Shown piece after piece: positions 40,676 to 51,021 of a stretch of 64,000 nucleotides of DNA. This stretch comes from Verrucomicrobiales bacterium (GTDB taxonomy: Bacteria; Verrucomicrobiota; Verrucomicrobiia; Limisphaerales; J093), in NCBI GenBank assembly GCA_024233215.1, contig JACKPW010000015.1, positions 84,253 to 148,252 of the forward strand, given 5' to 3'. The first letter of the stretch is position 1. Each line of letters begins with the position of its first letter. The position numbers and the translations under genes are program-made. The notes under the pieces are model-generated. The model did not search any database, was not told the DNA's origin, and was given only the letters and a program-made list of their open reading frames with translations.

Positions 40676-41707
40676 ATGGCTGATCCTCAATACTCGCGGA
40701 GGCTGTCGGGGTTCCCCCCGGCCACGCTGGTTTCCCGTCGAGCCTTCATCCGACTCTGTGGCGCGGCCGGCCTGGGAATCGCGCTTCCCCACGGGGCCGC
40801 CGCAGCCCTCGGCAAACTCGAGCGCCCCGTGCGCGTCGGGATGATCGCCGATCTCCATCACGACCTGATGCCCGACGGCGAGCACCGACTGAACGCCTTC
40901 CTGGAATCGATGTCGCTCCGGAAGCCGGACGCGCTGATTCAGCTCGGCGACTTCGCCTATCCGAATGAAGCGAACCGCCGCGTCTCCGAGGCCTTCTCCA
41001 AGGCCCACCCCACCGCGCTCCACGTTATCGGCAACCACGATCTGGACAGCGGTCATTCCAAGGAGAACTGCATCGAGCGTTGGGGCATGAAGGGTCGTTA
41101 CTACGCCCGGGACGTCGGCGGGCTGCGCGTGCTCGTGTTGGATGGCAACGACCGTGGTTCCCCGACGCACAAGGGCGGGTATCCGTCCTTCGTCGGCCCC
41201 GAACAGTTGGAGTGGTTGCGACAGGAACTGGCGGCGGGGGAGGGGCCGTTTGTCATCGTCTCGCATCAACCCTTGGCCGGGGCCTGGAGCGTGGACAACG
41301 CCGTCGACATCCAGGCGCTCCTGGCGCCCTTTGCGGAGAAGATCCTGCTTTGCGTGAACGGACACAGTCACATCGACCAGTTGCTCCGGGCGGGGCGGAT
41401 CCTGCATCTGCACGTGAATTCCGCATCCTATTTCTGGGTGGGCGCGGCGTTCAAGCACGAGAGCTACTCGCCGGAGATTCACACCCGATTCCCGTGGATT
41501 TCGCATACCTGTCCGTATCGGGATTCGCTGTTCACGATGCTGACCTTCGAGCCGGGGAACGGGGTCATCCGCGTGGCGGGTTGCGAGAGCAAATGGGTGG
41601 GTGACTCGCCGGCTGAACTGGGGGTGGATTCGCATCCTGAACTGGTGGACGGCGAGCAGATCGCGCCGCGAATCCGGGGGCGGAGGATCGCTCGCTGGAT
41701 GTCGTAG
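40676..41707 (+). CDS. Tat-signal calcineurin-like metallophosphoesterase
   Basis: Start placed at the ATG at 40676 (MADPQYSRRLSGFPPATLVSRRAFIRLCGAAGLG). Motifs are GMIADLHHD, LGDFAY, GNHD and VSHQP. Length is 343 aa. Confidence 0.82.
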   Translation: MADPQYSRRLSGFPPATLVSRRAFIRLCGAAGLGIALPHGAAAALGKLERPVRVGMIADLHHDLMPDGEHRLNAFLESMSLRKPDALIQLGDFAYPNEANRRVSEAFSKAHPTALHVIGNHDLDSGHSKENCIERWGMKGRYYARDVGGLRVLVLDGNDRGSPTHKGGYPSFVGPEQLEWLRQELAAGEGPFVIVSHQPLAGAWSVDNAVDIQALLAPFAEKILLCVNGHSHIDQLLRAGRILHLHVNSASYFWVGAAFKHESYSPEIHTRFPWISHTCPYRDSLFTMLTFEPGNGVIRVAGCESKWVGDSPAELGVDSHPELVDGEQIAPRIRGRRIARWMS

Positions 41708-41904
41708 GGGCCGGGAGAGCGCGGGGGAGGGCGGCGAACACCCATTCGCCGCTGCGACGTCCGCGCAGCGCCGGATTGGCATCCGCCGAAGCGACTGAGG
41801 CAGCGCGTGTTTCCGCCTGCAGCCGGTATACTGTCATGGGTTGGAACCGACGGCACTGTCGGGTTGATTACCCGAGGCGGGGCCTGCCACACTCCGACCC
41901 AGCC

Positions 41905-44334
41905 ATGAAACACCGTGGATTTGCCCAATCTCAGAACTGCCTTCTCGTCGCTGCGCTGACGGCATTGACCCTCTGCCACGTCGCCGTGGTGGGAGCGGCT
42001 TCCGTTCAACTGACCGTCCGCGTCGATGAACCCGGCGCGCGCATCAACCCGGCGATGTGGGGCGTCTTCTTCGAGGACATCAACTTCGGTGCGGATGGCG
42101 GACTCTATGCCGAGTTGGTGAAGAACCGTGGGTTCGAGTTCCCGGACGCGTTGATGGGCTGGAGCATGCTCTCGCCCAGCAAGGCGCGCGGGAAGATCTC
42201 TGTTCGCGACGACGATCCGTTCAACGCGAAGAACCCGCACTACCTGCGGATGGAGTCGGCGGGCACCGATCTGTTCGGCGTGGCGAACGAGGGATTCCGT
42301 GGGATCGGCGTCAAGCGGGGCGAGGCCTACAAGATCTCCCTGCAGATCCGGAATGTCTCGGGTTCACCGGGGTTGCGCATCGAACTCTATTCGAGCAACG
42401 GCGCCTTGCTGGACTCGGTCCGGCTGAACGGATTCAGTCGCGGGTGGGAGGAGCGGACCGCGGTGTTGATGCCCCGGGAAACCGATCCCGGAGCAAGGCT
42501 CTATCTGCTCGTCGACGGCCGGGGTGCGGTGGACGTGGATTTCGTTTCACTGTTCCCCGGGGACACCTGGAAGCATCGTCCCGGCGGGTTGCGGGCGGAC
42601 ATGGTCCAGGCATTGGCGGATTTGAAACCCGGTTTCCTGCGGTTCCCCGGCGGTTGCATTGTCGAGGGCAGCGAACTGGACAAACGCTACCAGTGGAAGC
42701 ACACGATCGGACCGGTGGCGGAACGTCCGTTGCTCATCAATCGCTGGAACTACGAGTTCCTTCACCGCCCGGCGCCCGATTACTTCCAGTCGTTCGGCCT
42801 CGGCTTTTTCGAGTATTTCCAACTCAGCGAGGACATCGGTGCGGAGCCGCTGCCCATTCTGAACTGCGGCATGGCCTGCCAGTTCAACAGCGGTCAACTG
42901 GTCCCGCTCGATGAACTCGATCCCTTCATCCAGGACGCCCTCGACCTGATCGAGTTCGCCAACGGTCCGGCCACCAGCGAATGGGGTGCCCGGCGGGCCG
43001 CCCTGGGGCATCCCGAGCCGTTCCACCTGAAGCTGCTCGGCGTCGGCAACGAACAGTGGGGGCCGCAGTATATCGAGCGCTATGCCGCGTTCGCCAGGGT
43101 GATCAAGGAGAAGCACCCCGGAATTCAACTCGTCTCCGGCGCCGGGCCGTCCCCCGCGGATGAGCGGTACGATTTCCTCTGGCCGAGACTCCGGGAGTTG
43201 CATGCCGACATCGTGGACGAGCATTGCTATGCCAATCCCATCTGGTTCCTGAGCAACGCGCATCGCTACGACGATTTCGATCCTCAAGGGCCCAAGGTGT
43301 TCTTCGGCGAATACGCGGCGCAGAGCGACAAGATCGTGAGCGTGGAGAACCGGAACAATTGGGAATGCGCCCTGTCCGAGGCCGCCTTTCTGACCGGGGT
43401 CGAGCGCAATGCCGACGTCGTGACCATGGCCAGCTACGCCCCGCTCTTCGCGCACGTGGACGCCTGGCAATGGACCCCGGACCTGATCTGGGTCGACAAC
43501 CTCCGCACCCTGCGCACCGCAAATTATCATGTCCAGCAGCAGTTCATGCACCACCGCGGCGACGTGGTCCTGCCGGTCGTGCTCTCCGGTGACCCGGCGC
43601 CCTCGGTCGCGACGGGCGGTGTCCGGCTCACCACCTACAACGGTTCGGCGGAGTTTCGGAACGTCGTGGTAACCGCGGGAGGCGCGACCTTGATCAACCG
43701 GGAGACTGCGCGCGAAGGGGACCGGTTTGGGGATGCCTCCTGGAGTGACTACACGATCCGTCTGCAGGCCCGAAAGACGGGCGGCCGCGAGGGTTTCATT
43801 ATCGCCGTGCGCGAACGGCATCCGAACACCTGGGTGCAATGGAACCTCGGCGGTTGGAACAACACCAAACACGGAATCCAGTCGACTCTCGGCGTGCAGG
43901 AAAGCCTCATTGCCCAGGTCCCCGGCCACATCGATGCCGGTCGCTGGTACGAGGTGAAGATCGTCCTGACCGGGCCGCGGATGGACTGCTTCCTGGATGG
44001 CGAACTCGTTCAATCGGTGGACGTGCCGCTGCCGCGAACCGAAGGGGTCTTTGCCAGTGCCGTGCGGGATGAAACCGCGGGCGAGGTCATCCTCAAGGTG
44101 GCCAATGTCCATCCGAAAGCGACCCCCCTGGACATCGCGTTGGAAGGAGTCCGGAAGCCTGCCGGGCCGGCGTCGGTGACCACGCTGCGAGGGGGCTTGA
44201 AGGACGTGAACACGTTCGACGAACCGGAGAAGATCGCGCCGGTGGTCGGCCTGGAGGAGTGCGGCGGCGCCCGCTTCCAGCGCGAGTTTCCGGCGAACTC
44301 CTTCACCGTGATCCGCCTCAAGACGGAGCGATGA
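41905..44334 (+). CDS. GH51 alpha-L-arabinofuranosidase with an extra C-terminal lectin-like domain
   Basis: Start placed at the ATG at 41905, which gives a signal peptide. Motifs are GVFFEDINFGADGGLYAELVKNRGFEF, FPGGCIVEG and LGVGNEQWG (acid/base Glu context). Length is 809 aa. Confidence 0.88.
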   Translation: MKHRGFAQSQNCLLVAALTALTLCHVAVVGAASVQLTVRVDEPGARINPAMWGVFFEDINFGADGGLYAELVKNRGFEFPDALMGWSMLSPSKARGKISVRDDDPFNAKNPHYLRMESAGTDLFGVANEGFRGIGVKRGEAYKISLQIRNVSGSPGLRIELYSSNGALLDSVRLNGFSRGWEERTAVLMPRETDPGARLYLLVDGRGAVDVDFVSLFPGDTWKHRPGGLRADMVQALADLKPGFLRFPGGCIVEGSELDKRYQWKHTIGPVAERPLLINRWNYEFLHRPAPDYFQSFGLGFFEYFQLSEDIGAEPLPILNCGMACQFNSGQLVPLDELDPFIQDALDLIEFANGPATSEWGARRAALGHPEPFHLKLLGVGNEQWGPQYIERYAAFARVIKEKHPGIQLVSGAGPSPADERYDFLWPRLRELHADIVDEHCYANPIWFLSNAHRYDDFDPQGPKVFFGEYAAQSDKIVSVENRNNWECALSEAAFLTGVERNADVVTMASYAPLFAHVDAWQWTPDLIWVDNLRTLRTANYHVQQQFMHHRGDVVLPVVLSGDPAPSVATGGVRLTTYNGSAEFRNVVVTAGGATLINRETAREGDRFGDASWSDYTIRLQARKTGGREGFIIAVRERHPNTWVQWNLGGWNNTKHGIQSTLGVQESLIAQVPGHIDAGRWYEVKIVLTGPRMDCFLDGELVQSVDVPLPRTEGVFASAVRDETAGEVILKVANVHPKATPLDIALEGVRKPAGPASVTTLRGGLKDVNTFDEPEKIAPVVGLEECGGARFQREFPANSFTVIRLKTER

Positions 44335-46904
44335 TGGCATCGCCTGAGCCGTGGCGATCCCGTGGAACCACAAAACACGGGTATGTAGTTCCTGGTTCGC
44401 TCCACTTCATGGATCCGGCTGAGCCACCCGGCTCGAAGTGTCGCCAACCGGTGGAAGCCGCTTTCCGTCGTAGCGCGCGGAGTTTGTGGATTCTGGTCCT
44501 GTGGTTCGCGGCGGTGGGTGGAATGCCGGGGGCCGCTCAGGAGCCCCTGACCGGTCATGTCTGGGCGCATGACCCGTCCCAGTTGATCAAGGACGGTGAC
44601 CGCTACTTCTGGTTCTGCACCGGCCCGGGAATCTCGTACGCTTGGTCCGACGACCGCCTGGACTGGACCTTTGCCGGGGCGGTGTTTCCCGGAGGGGCAC
44701 CCGGTTGGACCACGAATGCCGTGCCCGAGTTCGCCGGCCACTTCTGGGCCCCCGACGTCGCCTGGTTCAACGGCCGGTATCACGTCTACTATTCCTGCTC
44801 GTCCTGGGGGAGCATCGATTCCGCCATCGGGTTGGTGACCTCCCCATCGCTCATCACACCGGGTTGGACGGATCGCGGAAAGGTCGTGCAGTCGGACAAC
44901 AGCTGGGAGGCCGGACCGGAGACGGACATCACCACGGTCAACTGCATTGATCCGGGCGTCCTGGTGGCCGGCAACGGCTCGGTCTGGCTCACCTACGGCA
45001 GTTACTTCGACGGGATCATGGTGACGCAGTTGAATCCCCTGACCGGCCTGCGGCTGAACCCGGATTCGCCGGGAACCCGGATTGCCAGCAGCAGCACCCG
45101 GTTCCTCGGCAACACCACGGAGGCGTCGTTCCTTCACCAACACGGCGCCTACTACTACTTGTTCCTGAACTACGGGGGCTGTTGCGTCGGCATTGACAGC
45201 ACCTACAACATCCGCGTGGGCCGGAGCACCAGCGTTACGGGACCCTACGTCGATCGGGAGGGCGTCAACCTGATCGGGGGCGGGGGGACGCTGCTGCTCG
45301 AAAGCACGGGACGCTACCTTGGCCCGGGCCACGCCGGGGTCTTTGGGGAAAACGGCACCGACTGGTTCACCTACCACTATTACGACGGCAACGACTCCGG
45401 CGTCGCCAAGATCGGGATGGCCCGCCTGGGTTGGGATGAGGACGACTGGCCGGTGCTGACCAACGACTGGAGCGCGTTCTACCCATTCGAGGTGGATGCC
45501 CGGGATCATCGCGGGGTCTACGGCGGGAACCTCCAGGGCGGCGCTTCCATCGCGGTCGATCCGGATCGGGGCCGGGTGTTGAACCTGGCGGGAAACGGCG
45601 GGCGGGCCCGGCTCGCGACTTCCGTGGCCAATGCCAGCACCTTCATGGCGTGGGTGAAATGGAACGGGGGCGGCGATTGGCAACGCATCTTTGACTTCGG
45701 CGACGGCACTTCGAGGTATCTCTGTCTGACGCCCCGTAGTGGCAGTGGCCGGATGCGGTTCACGATCCGCACGCCGGATGTGGTGGAGGACGGCATCCTC
45801 GAGGCGCCCTCGGCGTTGCCCGTCAACTCCTGGTGCCACGTTGCTGTCACGCTCGATGGCCATCGCGGCTTGCTGTTTCTCAACGGTGAAGCCCTGGCCG
45901 GAAGCAACCGTCTCACGCAACGCCCCTGGCAGGTGCTGGCCCGTACGAACTACCTTGGCGCGAGTCAGTTCGCCGCCGATCCCGCGTTCAACGGCCAGAT
46001 CGATTCCCTCCGCGTCTTCGGGCGGGCGTTGAGTGTGGCGGAGGTCCGCGACCTGGCCCAGGCGCATCCCGCCCTGGCGCATCGCTACCGCTTCAATGGC
46101 GACGCAAGGGACTCGGTCGGCATGGCCCACGGAACGCTGGTCGGGAACGCCACCGTCACGGACCATGCGCTGGAACTCACCGGTGAGCCCGGAGGTTACC
46201 TCGCGTTGCCCGGGGGATTGGTGAGTTCGAGTGCCGCCGCCACCTTCGAATTCTGGGCGACCTTTGGTCCCAACGCCGATTGGGTGCGGGTCTTCGATTT
46301 CGGAACCACAAACGGCACGCGCGGCTCGGAGTTCGTGTTCTACAGTCCGCACACCGGACCCGGCGGGCAACGGCTCGAGATCTCCACCGCCGCGGGCACC
46401 TTCACCCATGATTCCGTTCCCACTCTCGACGGGCGGACCGCGCACCTGGCAATCGTGCTCGACCCGCCCAACCGTTACGCGGCCGTCTACACGAATGGGG
46501 TCCTGGATTTCGAGACGACGACCGGCATTCCGGCGCTGTCGGGCGTCAGTTCGGACCTGGCCTTCTTGGGTCGGTCCCTGTTCGCCGCCGACGGCTGGTT
46601 GAACGCGACTCTGGAGGAGTTTCGCATCTACGACGGCCGGTTGAGTGCCGGGGAAATCCAGGCCAATCACCTGGCCGGCCCTGAGGCGCTGGCCCTCCCG
46701 CTGGCGCTGTCCACGGCGCGTTTGGGCGGGCAGCTCGAACTGAGCTGGCCATCGTACGGTGCGGGCTTCGGGCTGCAGTCGGTGGAGCAGGTATCCGGCG
46801 GCGGCTGGATTCCGGTGGCGGGGAAGGCCGCCATCAGTGAGGGGCGTTATCGGTTGGCGGTTCCGGTGCTTGGGGATGCCCGCTGGTTCCGGCTCCTGCG
46901 GTGA
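44331..46904 (+). CDS. GH43 (arabinanase-like) with tandem LamG/concanavalin-like domains
   Basis: The ATG at 44331 overlaps the GH51 stop (ATGA); a later start such as MDPAEPP is possible. GH43 motifs are VWAHDPSQLIKDGDRYFWFCTG and FWAPDVAWFNGRYHVYYS. Two LamG-like repeats follow (WQRIFDFGDGTSRYL, WVRVFDFGTTNGTRGSEF). Confidence 0.85.
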   Translation: MMASPEPWRSRGTTKHGYVVPGSLHFMDPAEPPGSKCRQPVEAAFRRSARSLWILVLWFAAVGGMPGAAQEPLTGHVWAHDPSQLIKDGDRYFWFCTGPGISYAWSDDRLDWTFAGAVFPGGAPGWTTNAVPEFAGHFWAPDVAWFNGRYHVYYSCSSWGSIDSAIGLVTSPSLITPGWTDRGKVVQSDNSWEAGPETDITTVNCIDPGVLVAGNGSVWLTYGSYFDGIMVTQLNPLTGLRLNPDSPGTRIASSSTRFLGNTTEASFLHQHGAYYYLFLNYGGCCVGIDSTYNIRVGRSTSVTGPYVDREGVNLIGGGGTLLLESTGRYLGPGHAGVFGENGTDWFTYHYYDGNDSGVAKIGMARLGWDEDDWPVLTNDWSAFYPFEVDARDHRGVYGGNLQGGASIAVDPDRGRVLNLAGNGGRARLATSVANASTFMAWVKWNGGGDWQRIFDFGDGTSRYLCLTPRSGSGRMRFTIRTPDVVEDGILEAPSALPVNSWCHVAVTLDGHRGLLFLNGEALAGSNRLTQRPWQVLARTNYLGASQFAADPAFNGQIDSLRVFGRALSVAEVRDLAQAHPALAHRYRFNGDARDSVGMAHGTLVGNATVTDHALELTGEPGGYLALPGGLVSSSAAATFEFWATFGPNADWVRVFDFGTTNGTRGSEFVFYSPHTGPGGQRLEISTAAGTFTHDSVPTLDGRTAHLAIVLDPPNRYAAVYTNGVLDFETTTGIPALSGVSSDLAFLGRSLFAADGWLNATLEEFRIYDGRLSAGEIQANHLAGPEALALPLALSTARLGGQLELSWPSYGAGFGLQSVEQVSGGGWIPVAGKAAISEGRYRLAVPVLGDARWFRLLR

Positions 46905-47494
46905 AGGGGCCGGGCAGGGGGCAGGCAGGAGACAACAGATCATGCCTCCCCGCTGCCGGCCGGGGCGGGATTGGGTGAGCGGTTTGCACGGCGGGCCCGC
47001 TCACCCGCAATTACCCGCCTGGGTTCCCATCACCTTAATCCGTTCCGAGCAGGAGACCGACCTGCTGTCCTTGGGCATCTGGCAAGACTTTGGAGAGTAC
47101 CATGGGCAACCCCATCCGCATCCTAGCCATCCGGACCGGGGCTGTCTCTCCGTCAAAGTACGTAGATCGCGGGCACAGGACGGGCCTGGAGCATGTCGGT
47201 GTCGTTCTGGGGCATGGACAACGTACCCAGTGCTCAGGCTGCCCGGACCGGGGCTGGGTCTGGTTTCTCCACCTGAGCACCTGCATGGCGCGGGCGGGCA
47301 GGCCGGGACGTCCAAATGGCGGAATGCCGGCCCCTGGCTTTCTCGTTTTCTGGCTTGCTGAGCCAGTGGAACTTGCTTGAGTGCCGCGAGACTGGGTGCG
47401 ACTCTGATGCACAGGTCGGCGGCGCATCAAGCCCCCACGCCGGGTGGCTGTCTTCATTTGCCCGGTCGACCACTCGTTCGCACCCACGGCAGTT

Positions 47495-49654
47495 GTGAAA
47501 CCGTCCGCATTACTCGCTGCGAGCATGGTGGCGCCCATGTGCCTTGTGGGCCAGGGCACGATCGCTCTGGCCAACCGTGAAGTGGGACTCTTCGATTACC
47601 CGATTTCCGATTGCCGCGGTCCCCTGTCAGGGGCTGGCTGGACTGCGCAGCTTTCTTGGGGTCCCTTGGGAACGCCAGAAGCAGATCTCCAACCGCTCCT
47701 GCCGACCGCCGGGTTCAGCACGAAGTACGCGGGCTATCTCATCCCGGTGACGGTGGCGGTGGAGGGGGCCGGGTGGGAAGTGACGGTGCAACTGCGGGTC
47801 TGGGATAACGAAGGCGGGACCATCACCCAATACCAGGACGCTTTGGTCCGTGCAGCGACGCCGCCCTTTGGGATCAGCCCCGGGGGTTGGGGGAGTCCAC
47901 CGACTCTGCCTGCGGCGTTGACCCCCCTGGGCGATCTGCCACTGCTGGTTGTGAACTCCCCCGGATGCGAACCGGTCACGAACACCTGCTGTTATGCGGT
48001 GGGTTTCTCCTTGGCGAACCTCGTGGTTCAGGAGGATCGGAAGTCCGTGCGTCTCACTGTGGCCCGGAACCGACTGGCGGATGCCACTGAAGCGCCCGGA
48101 CCGGAGGATACCGCTTGCTATGTGCTTGAGGATGTGACCGCGCATTCCGGCGAGGACTACCTGGCCGGAAGCGGGATGGTGGACTTCAATTCACCGTCAT
48201 CCGGATGGGTTGACGTGCAACTGATGGACAACCCGACATGGAACGGGACTCGAGAATTCAGGGTTCGATTGTTCGATCCTGCCGAGGGCGTGGCGCTGGG
48301 CCGGAACGCAACCACTACTGTGACGATCACCGACGACGACACAGTCCTGGGGCCGCAACGTGGTGTGAATGGTGGGATCCGGACAATCGTGCCGGCAGCG
48401 GAATCCGGATGGTTCATCGGGGGAGATTTTACCATGGTGGATGATTACCTCCGGGGAGGCGTCGCCCTGCTCGAATCTGATGGCGTCATCGACCTTGACT
48501 TCGACCCCGGCATGGGAGCTGACGGGTCGGTCTATTGCGTGCTTTGTCAACCCGACGGGAAGGTTCTCATTGGCGGGGGCTTCTCGTCGTTCGGCGATAC
48601 CGGGCGATCGTTGCTCGTCCGGTTGGACCCGACAGGTGCCAGCGATCCCGGCTTTACTCCCGACATCGGTTCCGACGCGATACCGCGGGGCGATCCGCCA
48701 CGGGCGGTGCGACATGTGGTCAGCCAGCCTGATGGGAAGCTGCTAGTCGCCGGGGCGGAGTTGAGTTCCGGTGCGGTTGCCAGGGCCGGCGTGATCCGGT
48801 TGAACGATGATGGAAGCCTGGATCCCAGCTTCGTTCCGGCCCCCGGGTTGACCAACGCCACGATCCTGGCCCTGCAGCCGGATGGGAGGGTGCTTGTCGG
48901 AGCCGACCGGGATTACGGCGAGGGCTTCCTGGTCCGTCTGGCTTCCGACGGTTCACTTGATCCGGAGTTCAACGCCGACCTCAAAGCCATTCAGAGTCGA
49001 GCGGTTCGTGGCGCCAGGACATTGGAGGTCCTGCCCGATGGCCGAATCCTGGTTGGAGGGATGGGGGTGTATTCGGGCATATCCCTGGGTCTCCTGGTCC
49101 TGAACTCAAACGGCGGTCCGGCCGCAACCCAAGTCTCCCTCTCGATAGTGGGCGATCCGATCAACACGGGTGGGGTCAGTGGAATGGCCCGGCAGGAGAA
49201 TGGGAAACTCTTGATTACCGGGGGATTTAGTGGAAAGTGGATGTCTTATGGGGGGGTGGTGCGAGTCCATGCCGATCTGCGTCAGGACTATGCCTTCGGT
49301 CCGAAGCAGACCATCCTGGACGACTGGATGAACCTACACCTGGTCGCGGTCCAGAAGGACGGGATCATCGGCGGCGTGACGGCGCCCTATCGATCGAATC
49401 GCTTGGTGTTGTTTCGCGAGAACGGAAATCCTGTTCAGGATCTCCATTTCACAGGCGTTGCTACTTTGCCGGATGGCGAGGTTCATCTCGCGCTTCGGGG
49501 CACCTCCACCTGGACCGGATACCTGCAGATGTCAACGGACCTCATGCACTGGGAATCAATCAGCTCCGATCTGGCAACCCAAGGATGGGTATCCAAGGAT
49601 ACCACCGCGACGAATTCACCCCGGAGGTTTTACCGGGCGGCGCGTTCGCGCTGA
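47495..49654 (+). CDS. Secreted Calx-beta plus delta-60-repeat (beta-propeller) protein
   Basis: The GTG at 47495 gives a signal-like N-terminus (KPSALLAASMVAPMCLVGQG); the tracked ORF starts at 47444. The Calx-beta segment is HSGEDYLAGSGMVDFNS...TVTITDDD. DGSLDPSF/DPGF-type delta-60 motifs recur. Confidence 0.8.
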   Translation: MKPSALLAASMVAPMCLVGQGTIALANREVGLFDYPISDCRGPLSGAGWTAQLSWGPLGTPEADLQPLLPTAGFSTKYAGYLIPVTVAVEGAGWEVTVQLRVWDNEGGTITQYQDALVRAATPPFGISPGGWGSPPTLPAALTPLGDLPLLVVNSPGCEPVTNTCCYAVGFSLANLVVQEDRKSVRLTVARNRLADATEAPGPEDTACYVLEDVTAHSGEDYLAGSGMVDFNSPSSGWVDVQLMDNPTWNGTREFRVRLFDPAEGVALGRNATTTVTITDDDTVLGPQRGVNGGIRTIVPAAESGWFIGGDFTMVDDYLRGGVALLESDGVIDLDFDPGMGADGSVYCVLCQPDGKVLIGGGFSSFGDTGRSLLVRLDPTGASDPGFTPDIGSDAIPRGDPPRAVRHVVSQPDGKLLVAGAELSSGAVARAGVIRLNDDGSLDPSFVPAPGLTNATILALQPDGRVLVGADRDYGEGFLVRLASDGSLDPEFNADLKAIQSRAVRGARTLEVLPDGRILVGGMGVYSGISLGLLVLNSNGGPAATQVSLSIVGDPINTGGVSGMARQENGKLLITGGFSGKWMSYGGVVRVHADLRQDYAFGPKQTILDDWMNLHLVAVQKDGIIGGVTAPYRSNRLVLFRENGNPVQDLHFTGVATLPDGEVHLALRGTSTWTGYLQMSTDLMHWESISSDLATQGWVSKDTTATNSPRRFYRAARSR

Positions 49655-49681
49655 AGCACGGTGGCCGCGGTCTTCTGGAAA

Positions 49682-49750
49682 TCATTGCCGGTCTGAAGGC
49701 GGCGGGAGACTACCTTTCAGCCCCTGACGACTCTGCCGCCTCGGCAATGA
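49682..49750. terminator. Long imperfect hairpin between convergent genes
   Basis: TCATTGCCG...GAAGGCGGC / GCCGCCTC.GGCAATGA are nested inverted repeats between the stops at 49654 (+) and 49775 (-). There is no clear T-tract. Confidence 0.3.
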
Positions 49751-49774
49751 CGCCGACGGAGAAGACGCACAGGG

Positions 49775-51007
49775 CTATCCCCTCTGATCCACGCATCGTG
49801 CCGCGACTCCGACTTGAATCGCCCGGGTTGGGGCCGTCGGACAAACGGCTTCGCAGGCGCCGCAGCCGTTGCAGCGATCCGCGATTACCGCGGGCTCATT
49901 GGAGAACCCACCGTCTGCGCTCCGCATGGCGATGGCCTGATACGGGCATCGCTGAAGGCAGGCGGTGCACTCGCGTCCCTGCACCAGCAGACAGCGATCG
50001 TAATCCACGACTGCCCGACCGATGACCCAACGCCGCTTGCCATCGGCGGACAACCGGGTGATGGCGCCGCTCGGGCAAACCTCCCCGCAGCGGTGGCAGT
50101 CCTCCCGACAGTAATCGGCATCGAACCGCAGCCGGGGGCTGAGGAACCCCGCGAATCCGCTGGCGCCAAGGTCGGGTTGGATGATATCCGACGGACAGAC
50201 TTGGGCACAATTGCCGCAGCGGACGCAGACGCCCGCAAAACGCCCTTCGTCGAGGGAACCGGGAGGGCGCAGGAGCGGGGGGCGTTTCGCCTGGACAGCC
50301 CTGGCAGCCACGGCTCCGCCCGCCAGCAGCAGTCCCTCGAGAAACCGGCGTCGACCGCGGTTCCCAATCGGCCATGGGGTTGGCGCGGGGTGTGCCCGGA
50401 CCTGACGTCTGCGCAAAGCCCGGCGGGGCCAGGCCAGCAAATCCTGCGTGGCGCCCAGCGGGCAGAGGCGTCGGCACCAGAGAGCCGGCAAGAGCAGGTC
50501 GAAGAGGAGCACCAACGGCAGGCCCAAACCGGTGAGCAGCGTTGCCAGCGAGAGCGGTTGTCGCCAGGCGTTCAGGAAACCGTTGAAGAGAGCCAACGGG
50601 TCGAGCCAGAGGAACAAGGGCCAGCCGAGCAGGGCGCCGCCCAGGGTCAGCAGCAGCAGCCACCGCCCCACGGCCGGCCATCCGGAGCCCTGTTTCCGAG
50701 CCTTCGGACGCAGTCTCTGACCGCAGTCCTGAAGCAGTCCCACGGGACAACCATACCGGCAGAACGACCGGGGGAATCGCAGCGCCAACAGGAACACCGG
50801 CAAGGACAGGAGCAGCAGGACGCCGGTTGTTCGGGTGCTGATCGCCCCCGCCATGGCGATGAACGGACTTGTGGCGGGAAGGATGACGGAGGTGGTGGAG
50901 TCCGAACGCCACGGCCATGCCAGGGCCACCGCTCCGGCCAGAACCAGCCAGCGACAGGTCCACCGGATCGCGTGCGCGCGGCGAGGCCGTTTGCTGGAAC
51001 CAATCAC
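49775..51007 (-). CDS. Membrane-bound polyferredoxin, NapH/MauN-like N-terminus plus four [4Fe-4S] motifs
   Basis: The GTG at 51007 lies 15 nt after the flavoprotein stop; the tracked 592-aa ORF overlaps that gene and was trimmed. The TM region carries CRYGCPVGLLQD and CRRLCPLGATQD. Four CxxCxxCxxxCP clusters are present (CVRCGNCAQVCP, CHRCGEVCP, CTACLQRCP, CNGCGACEAVCP). Confidence 0.8.
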   Translation of the reverse strand: MIGSSKRPRRAHAIRWTCRWLVLAGAVALAWPWRSDSTTSVILPATSPFIAMAGAISTRTTGVLLLLSLPVFLLALRFPRSFCRYGCPVGLLQDCGQRLRPKARKQGSGWPAVGRWLLLLTLGGALLGWPLFLWLDPLALFNGFLNAWRQPLSLATLLTGLGLPLVLLFDLLLPALWCRRLCPLGATQDLLAWPRRALRRRQVRAHPAPTPWPIGNRGRRRFLEGLLLAGGAVAARAVQAKRPPLLRPPGSLDEGRFAGVCVRCGNCAQVCPSDIIQPDLGASGFAGFLSPRLRFDADYCREDCHRCGEVCPSGAITRLSADGKRRWVIGRAVVDYDRCLLVQGRECTACLQRCPYQAIAMRSADGGFSNEPAVIADRCNGCGACEAVCPTAPTRAIQVGVAARCVDQRG

Positions 51008-51021
51008 GTCAGGTTCTGAAT

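Noticed and set aside
42547-46943. 608-aa and 977-aa minus-strand ORFs antisense to the GH51 and GH43 genes
   Set aside because: The sense frames carry clear GH51/GH43/LamG motifs and signal peptides. The antisense translations are low-complexity R/G/P-rich.
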